Made by a program: the position numbers and the translations under genes. Source: an uncultured Candidatus Rokubacteria bacterium (GTDB lineage: Bacteria; Methylomirabilota; Methylomirabilia; Rokubacteriales; CSP1-6). Taken from it: a stretch of 64,000 bases of DNA. The first letter of the stretch is position 1; each line of letters starts with the position of its first letter. Positions 12,086-20,860 of the stretch are shown one piece after another. The stretch covers positions 83,467 to 147,466 of the forward strand of contig CAVVEU010000031.1 of assembly GCA_963747235.1 (NCBI GenBank). Direction: 5' to 3'. The notes beneath the pieces are model-generated. The model was not told the DNA's origin. It did not search any database and saw nothing but the letters and a program-made list of their open reading frames with translations.

Positions 12086-13251
12086 CCACGCTCTCCTCCA
12101 CGGCCGTCTCCGTGCGGAGCCTCCTCGTGATCCTGCCGGCCCCGCCCGGCGCCGGCTCCCCGCCGCCCGGGACCGTGATCGCGGGCCTTCCCCTCGTGCG
12201 GCGCATCGTCCTGGCCGCGGAGCGCGCCGGCTTCGAGCGGATCCTGGTGCATCCCCGGGCCTGCCCGGAGCCGCGTCTGCTCGCGGGCACCGTCGCCGTC
12301 CTGCTCGACGCCGACACGCCGGTGGCGTCGCGGGCCCGGCTCGTCCTGGTGCCGGCCAACGTCCTGCCCCAGGCGCGCTGGCTGCGCGCCCTGCGCGAGA
12401 TGCCGCTCGATCCGGAGACGCTCGCGGTCGACGCGTCCTTGACCGCGGTGGTGGAGAGCGCCGGGATCGACGAGGTGCTGCGCTCGGCCGGCCAGGCCGC
12501 CGGCGCGCAGGACCTGATCGCCGCGCTCTCGCGGCGCCTGGCGCGCGCCGCCGAGGCGGGCGATCCGGCGGGCCGCTTCGCGCTCGGGGACGCGGCGGCG
12601 GCCCAGGCCGCCGAGGACTGGCTGCTGCGCAGCCTCATCAAGGACACCGAGGGATTCATGTCCCGCCATGTCGAGCGGCGCATCTCGCTCGCGATCACGC
12701 GGCGGCTGGTGGGCACGCGCATCACGCCCAACCAGATGACGCTCGTGAGCCTCACCATCGGCCTGCTCGGGGCGCCGTTCTTCCTGTCCGCCGAGCCCCT
12801 GCTACAGATCGTCGGGAGCCTGCTGTTCCTGACCCACTCCATCCTGGATGGCTGCGACGGCGAGCTGGCGCGGCTGAAGTTCCAGGAATCGCCCTCCGGC
12901 GCGCGCCTCGACTTCTGGGGCGACAACCTGGTCCACGTGGCCGTGTTCGGCTGCATGGCCGGGGGCTGGACCCTGGCCGAGGCCTCCCTCTGGCCGCTGC
13001 TCCTGGGCGCCCTGGCGATCACCGGCACCGCCGCGTCCGCCTATCTCGTCGCCCACCGCGACGGCGCCGCCGCCGCGGCGGGGCCGCCCGGCCGCCTGGC
13101 CGACGCGGTGGCCAACCGCGATTTCATCTATCTCGTGCTCCTGCTCGCCTGCTTCGGCCGAGCCCACTGGTTCCTGATCCCGGTCGCGCTCGGCACACCG
13201 ATCTTCATGATGCTGGTCCGGTGGGGCGCGGGGCGACGCCGGACGACCTGA
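12082..13251 (+). CDS. CDP-alcohol phosphotransferase with degenerate N-terminal nucleotidyltransferase-like domain (IPCT/DIPPS-like)
   Basis: Family motif DGCDGELAR..GARLDFWGD; KDTEGFMSRHVERRIS..ITPNQMT; N-terminal IAGLPLVRRIVLAAERAG; several TM helices. Confidence 0.88.
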   Translation: MTTLSSTAVSVRSLLVILPAPPGAGSPPPGTVIAGLPLVRRIVLAAERAGFERILVHPRACPEPRLLAGTVAVLLDADTPVASRARLVLVPANVLPQARWLRALREMPLDPETLAVDASLTAVVESAGIDEVLRSAGQAAGAQDLIAALSRRLARAAEAGDPAGRFALGDAAAAQAAEDWLLRSLIKDTEGFMSRHVERRISLAITRRLVGTRITPNQMTLVSLTIGLLGAPFFLSAEPLLQIVGSLLFLTHSILDGCDGELARLKFQESPSGARLDFWGDNLVHVAVFGCMAGGWTLAEASLWPLLLGALAITGTAASAYLVAHRDGAAAAAGPPGRLADAVANRDFIYLVLLLACFGRAHWFLIPVALGTPIFMMLVRWGAGRRRTT

Positions 13252-13252
13252 C

Positions 13253-14797
13253 GTGTTTTCCGTCCTCGACGTCCTGCTGCGCGGCCTGATCCTCGCCGCG
13301 CAGGCTACCGCGGTGGGCGGGGTGTGCTTTCTGCTGCTCGTGGCCCGCGCGCCCGAGGCGCCGCGCTCGCTGCTGCTCATCGCCGCCGCGGCGGTCACGC
13401 TCGCGCTGGGCCAGGCGCTGTCGCTCGGCAACGAGCTGTTCGTGCTCCTCCACGAGGCGGCCTGGCCGCTGCGCGCGGCGCTCGACACGCTCTACGTGCA
13501 GGTGAGCGTCGTCCGGATCGCGGCCGGGCTCGCGCTGGCCGGGTGCGCCCTCGGACTGCGCCGCGCCCGCGGGCCGTCGCGGCTCTGGCCGGCGGTGGTG
13601 GCGCTGGCCGCGGTGCTGGTCGTGGCCGCGCCGTGGACGAGCCATGCCGCCGCGCGGCTCGACTCCCGCGTGCTGCTGCTGCTGCTCGACGGCGCCCATC
13701 AGCTTGGCGCCGCGGTGTGGGTCGGCGGCCTCGTGCACCTGACCGCGGCCGCGTTCCGGCGCGGCGATCGGCCCTGGCCGGTGGCCCTGCTCCGGCGGTT
13801 CTCGAACCTGGCCCTGGGCGCCGTCGCGGTCCTGGTGGGCGCGGGCGTCGGCCTCACGTGGAACTACGCGCCGGACCAGACCGCGATCTTCGGCACCGCG
13901 TACGGCCTCATGGTCATGACCAAGGTGGCGATCCTCGGCGGCCTGCTCGTGCTGGGGGCGCTGAACTCCCGGGCGATCCGGCGCATGGACGGCGCGCCCG
14001 AGGCCGACCAGCTCACGCTTCGCCGCTTCGTGGAGGTCGAGGTCGGCCTGGGCCTCACCGTGCTCTTCGCGGCCGCCTCGCTCACCTCGCTGCCGCCGGC
14101 GGTGGATCTCACCCACGATCGCGCCACGCTCTCGGAGGTCGCGACGCGCTTCACCCCGCGGATGCCGTCGCTGCGCTCGCCCTCGATCTCCGAGATGCCG
14201 ATCGACGATCCGCTGGCGCCCCGCAACGACGCCGATCGCGCCTGGTCCGAGTTCAACCACCACGTGTCCGGGATCCTGGTCCTCACCATGGGCCTGCTGG
14301 CCCTGCTGCACGCCACGGGCCGGGCCCGCTGGGCGCGGCACTGGCCGCTCGTCTTCCTGGGCCTGGCCGCCTTCATGGTCGTGCGCAACGATCCGGGCTC
14401 GTGGCCGCTCGGCCCGGAGGGCTTCTGGGAGGGCTGGCTCGTCGCGACGGTGGCGCAGCACCGGGTCTTCGTGCTGCTCGTGATCGTCTTCGGCATCTTC
14501 GAGTGGATGGTCCGCAGCGGCCGGCTGGCGTCGCGGCGCGCAGCCCTGATCTTCCCGCTGCTCTGCGTGATCGGCGGCGGCATGCTGCTGAGCCACTCGC
14601 ATGCCGCGCAGAACCTCAAGGACGAGTTCCTCCTCGAGGTGACCCACGCGCCGCTCGGCCTGCTGGCCTTGCTGATCGGCTGGGGGCGCTGGCTCGAGCT
14701 TCGGCTCCCCGAGGGGCGGGGGCGCGTGCCGGGGGCGCTCTGGGCCGTCGGCCTCGTGCTCGTGGGCGCTCTCCTCATCATCTACCGGGAGAGCTAG
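13253..14797 (+). CDS. CopD-family membrane protein with extended C-terminal domain
   Basis: WTSHAAA, HQLGAAVWVGGL, RRFS, TAYG..MTK; His-rich TM C-terminal region (WSEFNHH, QHR, LSHSH). Confidence 0.78.
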   Translation: MFSVLDVLLRGLILAAQATAVGGVCFLLLVARAPEAPRSLLLIAAAAVTLALGQALSLGNELFVLLHEAAWPLRAALDTLYVQVSVVRIAAGLALAGCALGLRRARGPSRLWPAVVALAAVLVVAAPWTSHAAARLDSRVLLLLLDGAHQLGAAVWVGGLVHLTAAAFRRGDRPWPVALLRRFSNLALGAVAVLVGAGVGLTWNYAPDQTAIFGTAYGLMVMTKVAILGGLLVLGALNSRAIRRMDGAPEADQLTLRRFVEVEVGLGLTVLFAAASLTSLPPAVDLTHDRATLSEVATRFTPRMPSLRSPSISEMPIDDPLAPRNDADRAWSEFNHHVSGILVLTMGLLALLHATGRARWARHWPLVFLGLAAFMVVRNDPGSWPLGPEGFWEGWLVATVAQHRVFVLLVIVFGIFEWMVRSGRLASRRAALIFPLLCVIGGGMLLSHSHAAQNLKDEFLLEVTHAPLGLLALLIGWGRWLELRLPEGRGRVPGALWAVGLVLVGALLIIYRES

Positions 14798-14812
14798 CGC
14801 GCGAGGCGCTGA

Positions 14813-14991
14813 CGCCGCGGGTGGGCGGCGGCGCGGGGGGCGGGGCCCTCCCGGGAACACGCTGAGTCGCTAGCCGCGTCACGCCGTCGCAATCGAGCCA
14901 CGAGACAGGGCCCGTCGCAGCCTTCGACAACCCGCAGAAGACACGGTTCCCGGGAGGGCCCCGCCCCCCGCACCACCGCCCACCCGCGGCG
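14813..14991 (-). repeat. Structured palindromic element, copy A (46-bp stem around 87-nt core)
   Basis: 14813-14858 pairs with 14946-14991 (two G.U wobbles on the minus strand); core is homologous to copy B. Confidence 0.85.
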
Positions 14992-15128
14992 CCGTGCCGG
15001 TGGTTACCTCCGCCATCTGATTCGTCCTTCATCAAGATCCAAGACCTGCTCCGCCGCTCGGCGCGCTTTGTCGGAATGTAAGACCTGACCCTGCCGATGC
15101 TTCGCGGGTTCGACTGGACGCGCGGGGA

Positions 15129-15296
15129 GGGTGGGGGTGGTGGTGCGTGGTGCGGGGGCCTCCCCAGACCCGTGTCTTCTGCGGGTGGTCGAAGGCGCGC
15201 GGGCTCTGTCTCGTGGCTCGATCGCGACGGCGTAGCGCGCATGCGACTCAGCGTGGTCTGGGGAGGCCCCCGCGCCGCGCGCCGCCGCCCCCGCCC
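15129..15296 (+). repeat. Structured palindromic element, copy B (42-bp stem around 84-nt core), inverted relative to A
   Basis: 15129-15170 pairs with 15255-15296 with six T.G wobbles and no mismatches; core CGTGTCTTCTGCGGGT...CGACTCAGCGT is shared with A. Confidence 0.85.
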
Positions 15297-15299
15297 GCT

Positions 15300-16480
15300 T
15301 CAGGCGGATTCGAGGAGCAAGCCGGTGAGGTAGCGGGATTCGGGGATGGTGAGGATGATGGGGTGGTCGCGGCTCTGGGTCAGGGTGGCGAGGACGCGGG
15401 TGCGGATGTTCGCGTCGCCGGCGGCCTGACGGCAGATCTCCTCGAACATCGCGGGCGTCACGTGGTGGGAGCAGGAGAACGTGGCCAGCCGGCCGCCGCG
15501 CTCGAGCAAGCGGAGGCCGCGGATGTTGATCTCCTTGTAGCCGCGCGCGGCGGCCTCGACCGCGTCCTTGCGGCGCGTGAAGGGCGGGGGATCGAGCACG
15601 ACCAGCCCGAAGCGCTCGCCCTTCGAGTCCAGGTCCCGCAGGCCGTCGAAGGCGTTGCCGCTCCGCAGCTCGGCGCGGGCCTCCACGCCCGTTGAGCGCC
15701 AGATTGCGGCCGGCCAGGGCCAGGGCGTCCGCTGAGGAGTCCAGCAGCAGCGCGCGCTCGGCGCCGCCCAGCAGCGCGTGGCAGGCGAAGCCGCCGCCGT
15801 AGCAGAAGGCATCGAGCACCCGGCGCCCCTGGGCCATGCCGCGCGGTCAGGAGCCGATTGTCGCGCTGGTCGAGGTAGAGGCCGGTCTTCTGGCCGGCGC
15901 CCAGGGTCACCGCGAAGCGGCCCTGGCCTTCCTCGATGATCAGATCGCCGCTGGCCAGGTCGGCCTCGGGCGGGGTCTCGCGGACCGCGTCGAAGCCCTC
16001 GATGCGCGCCGCCGTCGGGTCGTCGAGCCGCACGATCCGGCCGTCGGGGAAGATCGCGGTGAGCGCCTCGCGGATCCACTCCGCGTTGCGCGCCATGCCG
16101 AGCGTGAGGCACTGGATCACGCTCACGGGCCCGTAGCGGTCCACCACCAGCCCGGGCAGGCCGTCGGCCTCGCTCCAGCAGAGGCGATAGGCGGGCGTGA
16201 CGAGCGACGCCGCGCGCCGGTACTCGAGCGCCGCCTCCAGGCGTCGCCGGATCAGCGCCGCGTTGACGGCCTCGTCGGTCCGCGTGAGCAGGCGGCAGAC
16301 CAGCGAGGAGCGCGGGCTGTAGAAGCCGCGCCCGAGGTAGCGGCCGGTGGCGTCGGTGACCTCGACGGCGGCGCCGGCGGACCACGAGCCTTTGAGATCG
16401 GCCACTTCGCCCCGGTAAATCCACGGGTGCCCTGCCCGGATCCGGCGCTCGGCCCCTCGTTTCAGGATCAGAGTGGCCAG
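15300..16480 (-). CDS. rlmI: RlmI-like PUA-domain SAM-dependent rRNA methyltransferase (frameshifts near 15835 and 15685)
   Basis: GHPWIY, SEADGLPGLVVDRY, GQKTGLYLDQRDNR, VLDAFCYGGGF, LDPPPF, TFSCSHH, PESRYL across three frames; CTG start proposed. Confidence 0.88.
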
Positions 16481-16489
16481 GAGGGGGCT

Positions 16490-17257
16490 CTAGCGCTTTC
16501 GCAGCACGACGACCATCAGCAGCGGATGGTGGGCCTCGTCGAGGCGGAGATGGGGCTTGAAGCCGTAGAACCACTCGACCATCTCGAACCCGCCGGCGAG
16601 CTGGACCAGGGTCCGCAGCTCCTGGGGGAAGACCATCCGGGATTCGTGGCGCTGGCGGTAGACCCGCCGCGTGCCGTTCTCGTGCGCCTCGAGCTCCATG
16701 TCCTCGAAGAAGGTCTGCGTGACCGGGTTCAGGTCCTTGAGCGCCTCGAAGGTGGCGCGCACGGTCGCGCTGCCGCGCCGGCGCGTCCAGGACCAGCGGC
16801 GCGCGGGATCGGTCCAGGAGGAGCACATGTAGCGGTCGAAGACGTAGAGTCCGCCCTTCTTGAGCCCGCGGGCCACGCAGCGGAGATGGGCGAGCAGGGC
16901 GTCGTTGGTCAGCAGGTGGCCCTGCGAGTCCTGCATGCAGATCGCCGCGTCCACCGAGCGCCGCAGCTTGAAGCGGGTCATGTCCGCCACGAGCAGGGTG
17001 GCGTCGAAGCCCTTGGCCGCGGTCCGCTCCTTCAGGAAGGCGATGTTCTCCGGCGAGAGATCGAGCCCCGACATGGTGTAGCCGCGCGCGGCCAGGCGGA
17101 TGAGGTGCGGGCCGGTGCCGCAGGCGATGTCGAGCACCGTCTTGACCGGACGGCGCGCGTAGCGGCGGAAGCAGTGAACGAGGAAGTTCACCTCCTGCCG
17201 CCGGTTCATGTCGAAGGCGATCTCGTAGTACCGGGGGGCCGAGTATTGCGCGCTCAT
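16490..17257 (-). CDS. Class I SAM-dependent methyltransferase
   Basis: VLDIACGTGPH, GLDLS, ADMTRF; ATGA overlap with the agmatinase stop. Confidence 0.88.
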   Translation of the reverse strand: MSAQYSAPRYYEIAFDMNRRQEVNFLVHCFRRYARRPVKTVLDIACGTGPHLIRLAARGYTMSGLDLSPENIAFLKERTAAKGFDATLLVADMTRFKLRRSVDAAICMQDSQGHLLTNDALLAHLRCVARGLKKGGLYVFDRYMCSSWTDPARRWSWTRRRGSATVRATFEALKDLNPVTQTFFEDMELEAHENGTRRVYRQRHESRMVFPQELRTLVQLAGGFEMVEWFYGFKPHLRLDEAHHPLLMVVVLRKR

Positions 17258-18114
17258 GACGTCCCGAACCAGGTCAGGATGGCCTCCCGGAGGATCCACG
17301 AGGCGGTGATGCCGGTGCGGCCCGACGGGTCCCAGGCGGGCGCGACTTCCATCAGGTCGGTGCCGACGATCCGGCAGGGCTCGAGCAGGCGGACGATCTC
17401 CACCAGCTCCGAGGCGGTGATGCCGCAGGGCTCGGGCGCGCCGGTGCCGGGCGCCTCGGAGGGATCGAGCACGTCCACGTCGATGGTCACGTAGAGCGGG
17501 TGCGCCCGGAGCTCGGGGAGCAGGCTCTTCACCGCCTCCACCGGGTGAATCCGGTGGGCCGGGAAGAGATGCGGGGCTTTCCGCTGGTACTCCTCGCGGG
17601 CGCCCGTGCGCATGCCCACCTGGAACACGCGCTCGGGGGCCACCACGTCCATCACGCGGGCCATGGCCGAGGCGTAGTTGTAGCGCTCGCCGAGGAACTC
17701 CTCGCGAAGGTCCGGGTGGGCGTCGAGCTGGAGGATGCGCAGCTCCGGGATGGCGGGCGCCAGCACCTCGATCACCGGCAGCGTGGCGGTGTGGTCGCCG
17801 CCCAGCATGACCGGCAGCAGCCCCGGCCGCCAGAAGCCCCGGATCTCCTCCCGGGCCCGGGCGAGCTGCTCGCGCGGGGAGCCGTCGCCCAGCTCGCAGT
17901 CGCCCAGGTCGGCGATGGCGAGGTCTTCCAGGTCGCGCCCGAGGAAGGGCGAGTAGGTCTCGATGGAGTCGGAGGCCAGCCGGAGCTCGCGGGGGCCGTG
18001 GTCGGCGCCCCGGCGGAGGTTGATGCGCCCCTCGAAGGGGATGCCGAAGAGGATGATCCGGGCCTCCGGGAGGGAAGCCCGGCAGGCGATGAAGCGAGGC
18101 TCGGCCGGGATCAA
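17254..18114 (-). CDS. speB: Agmatinase (ureohydrolase)
   Basis: GGDHT, DAHPD and DVDVLDPSEAPGTG metal-binding motifs; polyamine gene context. Confidence 0.93.
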   Translation of the reverse strand: MIPAEPRFIACRASLPEARIILFGIPFEGRINLRRGADHGPRELRLASDSIETYSPFLGRDLEDLAIADLGDCELGDGSPREQLARAREEIRGFWRPGLLPVMLGGDHTATLPVIEVLAPAIPELRILQLDAHPDLREEFLGERYNYASAMARVMDVVAPERVFQVGMRTGAREEYQRKAPHLFPAHRIHPVEAVKSLLPELRAHPLYVTIDVDVLDPSEAPGTGAPEPCGITASELVEIVRLLEPCRIVGTDLMEVAPAWDPSGRTGITASWILREAILTWFGTS

Positions 18115-18123
18115 CAGCCGGCG

Positions 18124-18606
18124 CTAGCCGAGGTCTTCGTCGGCGAGGAGCGTGACGGCGGCCAGCGCGCAGCCCGTCCGCTCGACCCGATGCTCGACCG
18201 CGAAGACCTTCATGTCCCGGATCTTCTCACCCCGGACCCGGAAGGCCTCCTCGAGCATCTGGACGATCATCCGCTCCGCTTCCTCGCGCGTGGCCTTGTC
18301 GTGGAACTCCATGATGACCCCGTTCTTGGCGGGGTCCACCGGCCGGGCCCAGCCGACGGCGGCCGCGACGACCTCGCCGGGCACCTCGCTGGTCATGGCC
18401 GCGTAGGCGGTCGGCACGAGCGCGCCCGGCTTGATCCGCGGCAGCGCCACCAGCTCCACGCCCGGGGGCAGGATGCTGGACACCTTGATGAGGTTGATGT
18501 TGCCGATGCCGGCCGCCAGCAGGGCGTTGTCGAAGGCGTTCAGTGAGGTCGAGCCCTCGGCGTTGCCGGCCGTGCCCGCCGCCTTGGTCACCGGTGCGAA
18601 GCGCAT
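18124..18606 (-). CDS. pdaD: Pyruvoyl-dependent arginine decarboxylase
   Basis: LNAFDNALLAAGIGNINLIKVSSILPP with the S-S cleavage site; GAGGAGG SD before ATG 18606. Confidence 0.92.
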   Translation of the reverse strand: MRFAPVTKAAGTAGNAEGSTSLNAFDNALLAAGIGNINLIKVSSILPPGVELVALPRIKPGALVPTAYAAMTSEVPGEVVAAAVGWARPVDPAKNGVIMEFHDKATREEAERMIVQMLEEAFRVRGEKIRDMKVFAVEHRVERTGCALAAVTLLADEDLG

Positions 18607-18916
18607 TCGCTCCCTCCTCGTGGCGTTGTGCGCGGAAACCGCCGCGCGTCTCTCGAGCGGAGCATCGCCTCCGCCCGTCGTGAATTGCTCGTTCATCGTA
18701 GCGGCTCGGCCCACGAACGCAAGCAAAAAGTTGACTTCGGCGCCGCTTGGTGGTCTCGCCGAGCGGCCTCGGCGAGCGCTCGCGCCGCCGTGGGAGCGGC
18801 TCAAACGGCCATTTTTTTCTTGCAATGGAAAAAAAATAGCCCCACAGTGCAGAAAAATCCGGCAAGTAGAAAAATTGCCGGAGAAATCGGACCAGAACTT
18901 GGGGAGGAGGGAAAGA

Positions 18917-19327
18917 GTGCAAGCACTGGGACGTCACCTGCTGCTCGAGCTGTTCGACTGCGACGCAGAGGCCATCAACAGTCTGGACACCGTGAAGGCA
19001 TCCATGGTGGAGGCGGCCAAGCGGGCTCAGGCCACCATCGTCGACGTCGTCTTTCACGAGTTCAACCCGTTCGGCATCAGCGGAGTCGTCGTCATCGCCG
19101 AGTCGCACCTGGCGATTCACACGTGGCCGGAGTATCGCTACGCCGCCGTCGACGTCTTCTCCTGCGGCGACGTCCTCCAGCCCCAGGTGGCCGCGGACTA
19201 CCTCGTGGAGCAGCTCGGGGCCGCCCGGGCGTCCGTGGTGGAGCTCCAGCGCGGCATCTTCGTGAACCATCCCCGGAAGCTCCTGCACAAGCCGGCGGGG
19301 GCGCCCGTCGCCTCCACCCCGAGCTGA
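18917..19327 (+). CDS. speD: S-adenosylmethionine decarboxylase proenzyme (SpeD/SpeH type)
   Basis: LGRHLLLEL, FHEFNPFGISGVVVIAESHLAIHTWPE, DVFSCG; GGAGGAGG SD before GTG 18917. Confidence 0.95.
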   Translation: MQALGRHLLLELFDCDAEAINSLDTVKASMVEAAKRAQATIVDVVFHEFNPFGISGVVVIAESHLAIHTWPEYRYAAVDVFSCGDVLQPQVAADYLVEQLGAARASVVELQRGIFVNHPRKLLHKPAGAPVASTPS

Positions 19328-19337
19328 TCGGGCCCGA

Positions 19338-20255
19338 ATGGCCACGCTCCAGTACAAGTGGTTCTTCGAGACCACGACCCCGGTCGAAGGGCACATGCAC
19401 GCCATCGCCCGGACCATCGTCACCCGACAGACCAAGTTCCAGTTCATGGAGATCATGGACACCCACTCGTACGGCAAGTGTCTGGTGCTGGACGGGCGGA
19501 TCCAGTCGAGCCAGGCCGACGAGTTCATCTACCACGAGACCCTGGTGCAGCCCGGCATGCTGGCCCACCCCCGGCCCCAGAAGGCCATGGTCATCGGCGG
19601 GGGCGAGGGGGCCACGGTCCGGGAAATCCTCCGCTACAAGACGATCACCGACTGCCTCATGGTGGACATCGACGGTGAGGTGGTCGAGGAGTGCAAGAAG
19701 CACCTGCCCGAGATGCACCGGGGAGCCTTCGACGACCCCCGGACCCGGCTCCTGCACGAGGACGCCCGGGCCTATCTCGAGAAGACCACCGAGCGCTTCG
19801 ACCTGATCGTGGTCGACCTCGTGGAGCCCCTCGAGGAAGGGCCGGCCTGCCTGCTCTTCACCAAGGAGTTCTACACCCTGATCCGTGACCGGCTGACCGA
19901 CCAGGGGGTCATGACGATGCAGGCCGGCATGACCAAGGTGAACGAGATCTTCTTCCACGGGGCGGTGAACCGCACGCTCCAGGAAGTCTTCCCGGTGGTC
20001 GCGCCGTATCAGAGCTTCATCTCCTGCTTCGGGACTCCATGGGGCTTCATCCTGGCCTCCAAGGGCACGGACCCCCGGAAGCAGTCTCCGGCCGAGATCG
20101 ATCGCCTCATCGCCGAGCGCATGAATCCCAAGGACCTCGGGTACTGGGACGGCAACGCGCACCTGCACTGCTTCAGCCTGCCCAAGTTCCTCCGCGAGTC
20201 GATCGAGAAGAACGACCGCGTCATCACCGACAAGAACCCCCTGATCGTTACCTGA
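19338..20255 (+). CDS. speE: Polyamine aminopropyltransferase / spermidine synthase
   Basis: LVLDGRIQS, YHETLV, VIGGGEGATVRE, VDIDGEVV. Confidence 0.95.
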   Translation: MATLQYKWFFETTTPVEGHMHAIARTIVTRQTKFQFMEIMDTHSYGKCLVLDGRIQSSQADEFIYHETLVQPGMLAHPRPQKAMVIGGGEGATVREILRYKTITDCLMVDIDGEVVEECKKHLPEMHRGAFDDPRTRLLHEDARAYLEKTTERFDLIVVDLVEPLEEGPACLLFTKEFYTLIRDRLTDQGVMTMQAGMTKVNEIFFHGAVNRTLQEVFPVVAPYQSFISCFGTPWGFILASKGTDPRKQSPAEIDRLIAERMNPKDLGYWDGNAHLHCFSLPKFLRESIEKNDRVITDKNPLIVT

Positions 20256-20850
20256 GCCCGCCCCGCCTCATCCTCGCCTCGGCCTCCCCGCGCCGCCGGG
20301 AGCTGCTGGGGCGTCTCGGCATCCCGTTCGAGGTCCTGGCCAGCCACATTCCCGAAGAGCACCCGCCCGTGCCGCCCGCCCAGGCCATCGCCGCCGTCGC
20401 GCTGGCCAAGGCCCTGGCCGTCGCCGCCGACCTCGACGCCGGCGCGCGGGCCGGCGGTGGTGCTCGGGGCCGATACCGAGGTGGTGCTGGACGGCCGCCT
20501 GCTCGGCAAGCCGCGGGATGGGGCCGACGCGGCCCGGATGCTCCGCGAGCTCCGGGGCCGCGAGCACGAGGTGATCACCGGGTCTGGCGGTCGTGGACGT
20601 GGGGCCGCCGGGCTCGGCGCCCCGTCAGGAGACGGCGGCGGTGACGAGCCGGGTCCGGATGGCCGAGTACAGCGAAGCCGACATCGAGCGCTACGTGGCC
20701 ACCGGCGAGCCGCTCGACAAGGCGGGCGGCTACGCGGTGCAGGGGCTGGGCGGCCGGCTGGTGGCGGCGGTGGACGGCTGCCTCACCAACGTGATCGGGC
20801 TGCCGCTCACCACCACGCGCGCGCTCCTCTCGCGCCGCGGCCTCCTCTAG
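20252..20850 (+). CDS. maf: Maf-family nucleoside triphosphate pyrophosphatase (two +1 frameshifts near 20445 and 20580)
   Basis: [50 protein letters not shown]; CTGA overlap with the speE stop. Confidence 0.9.
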
Positions 20851-20860
20851 CGCGCGCGGC

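Noticed and set aside
14859-15254. HDV-like ribozyme assignment for the repeat core
   Set aside because: Some pseudoknot-like pairings exist, but I could not build a P2 helix and catalytic junction consistent in both copies.
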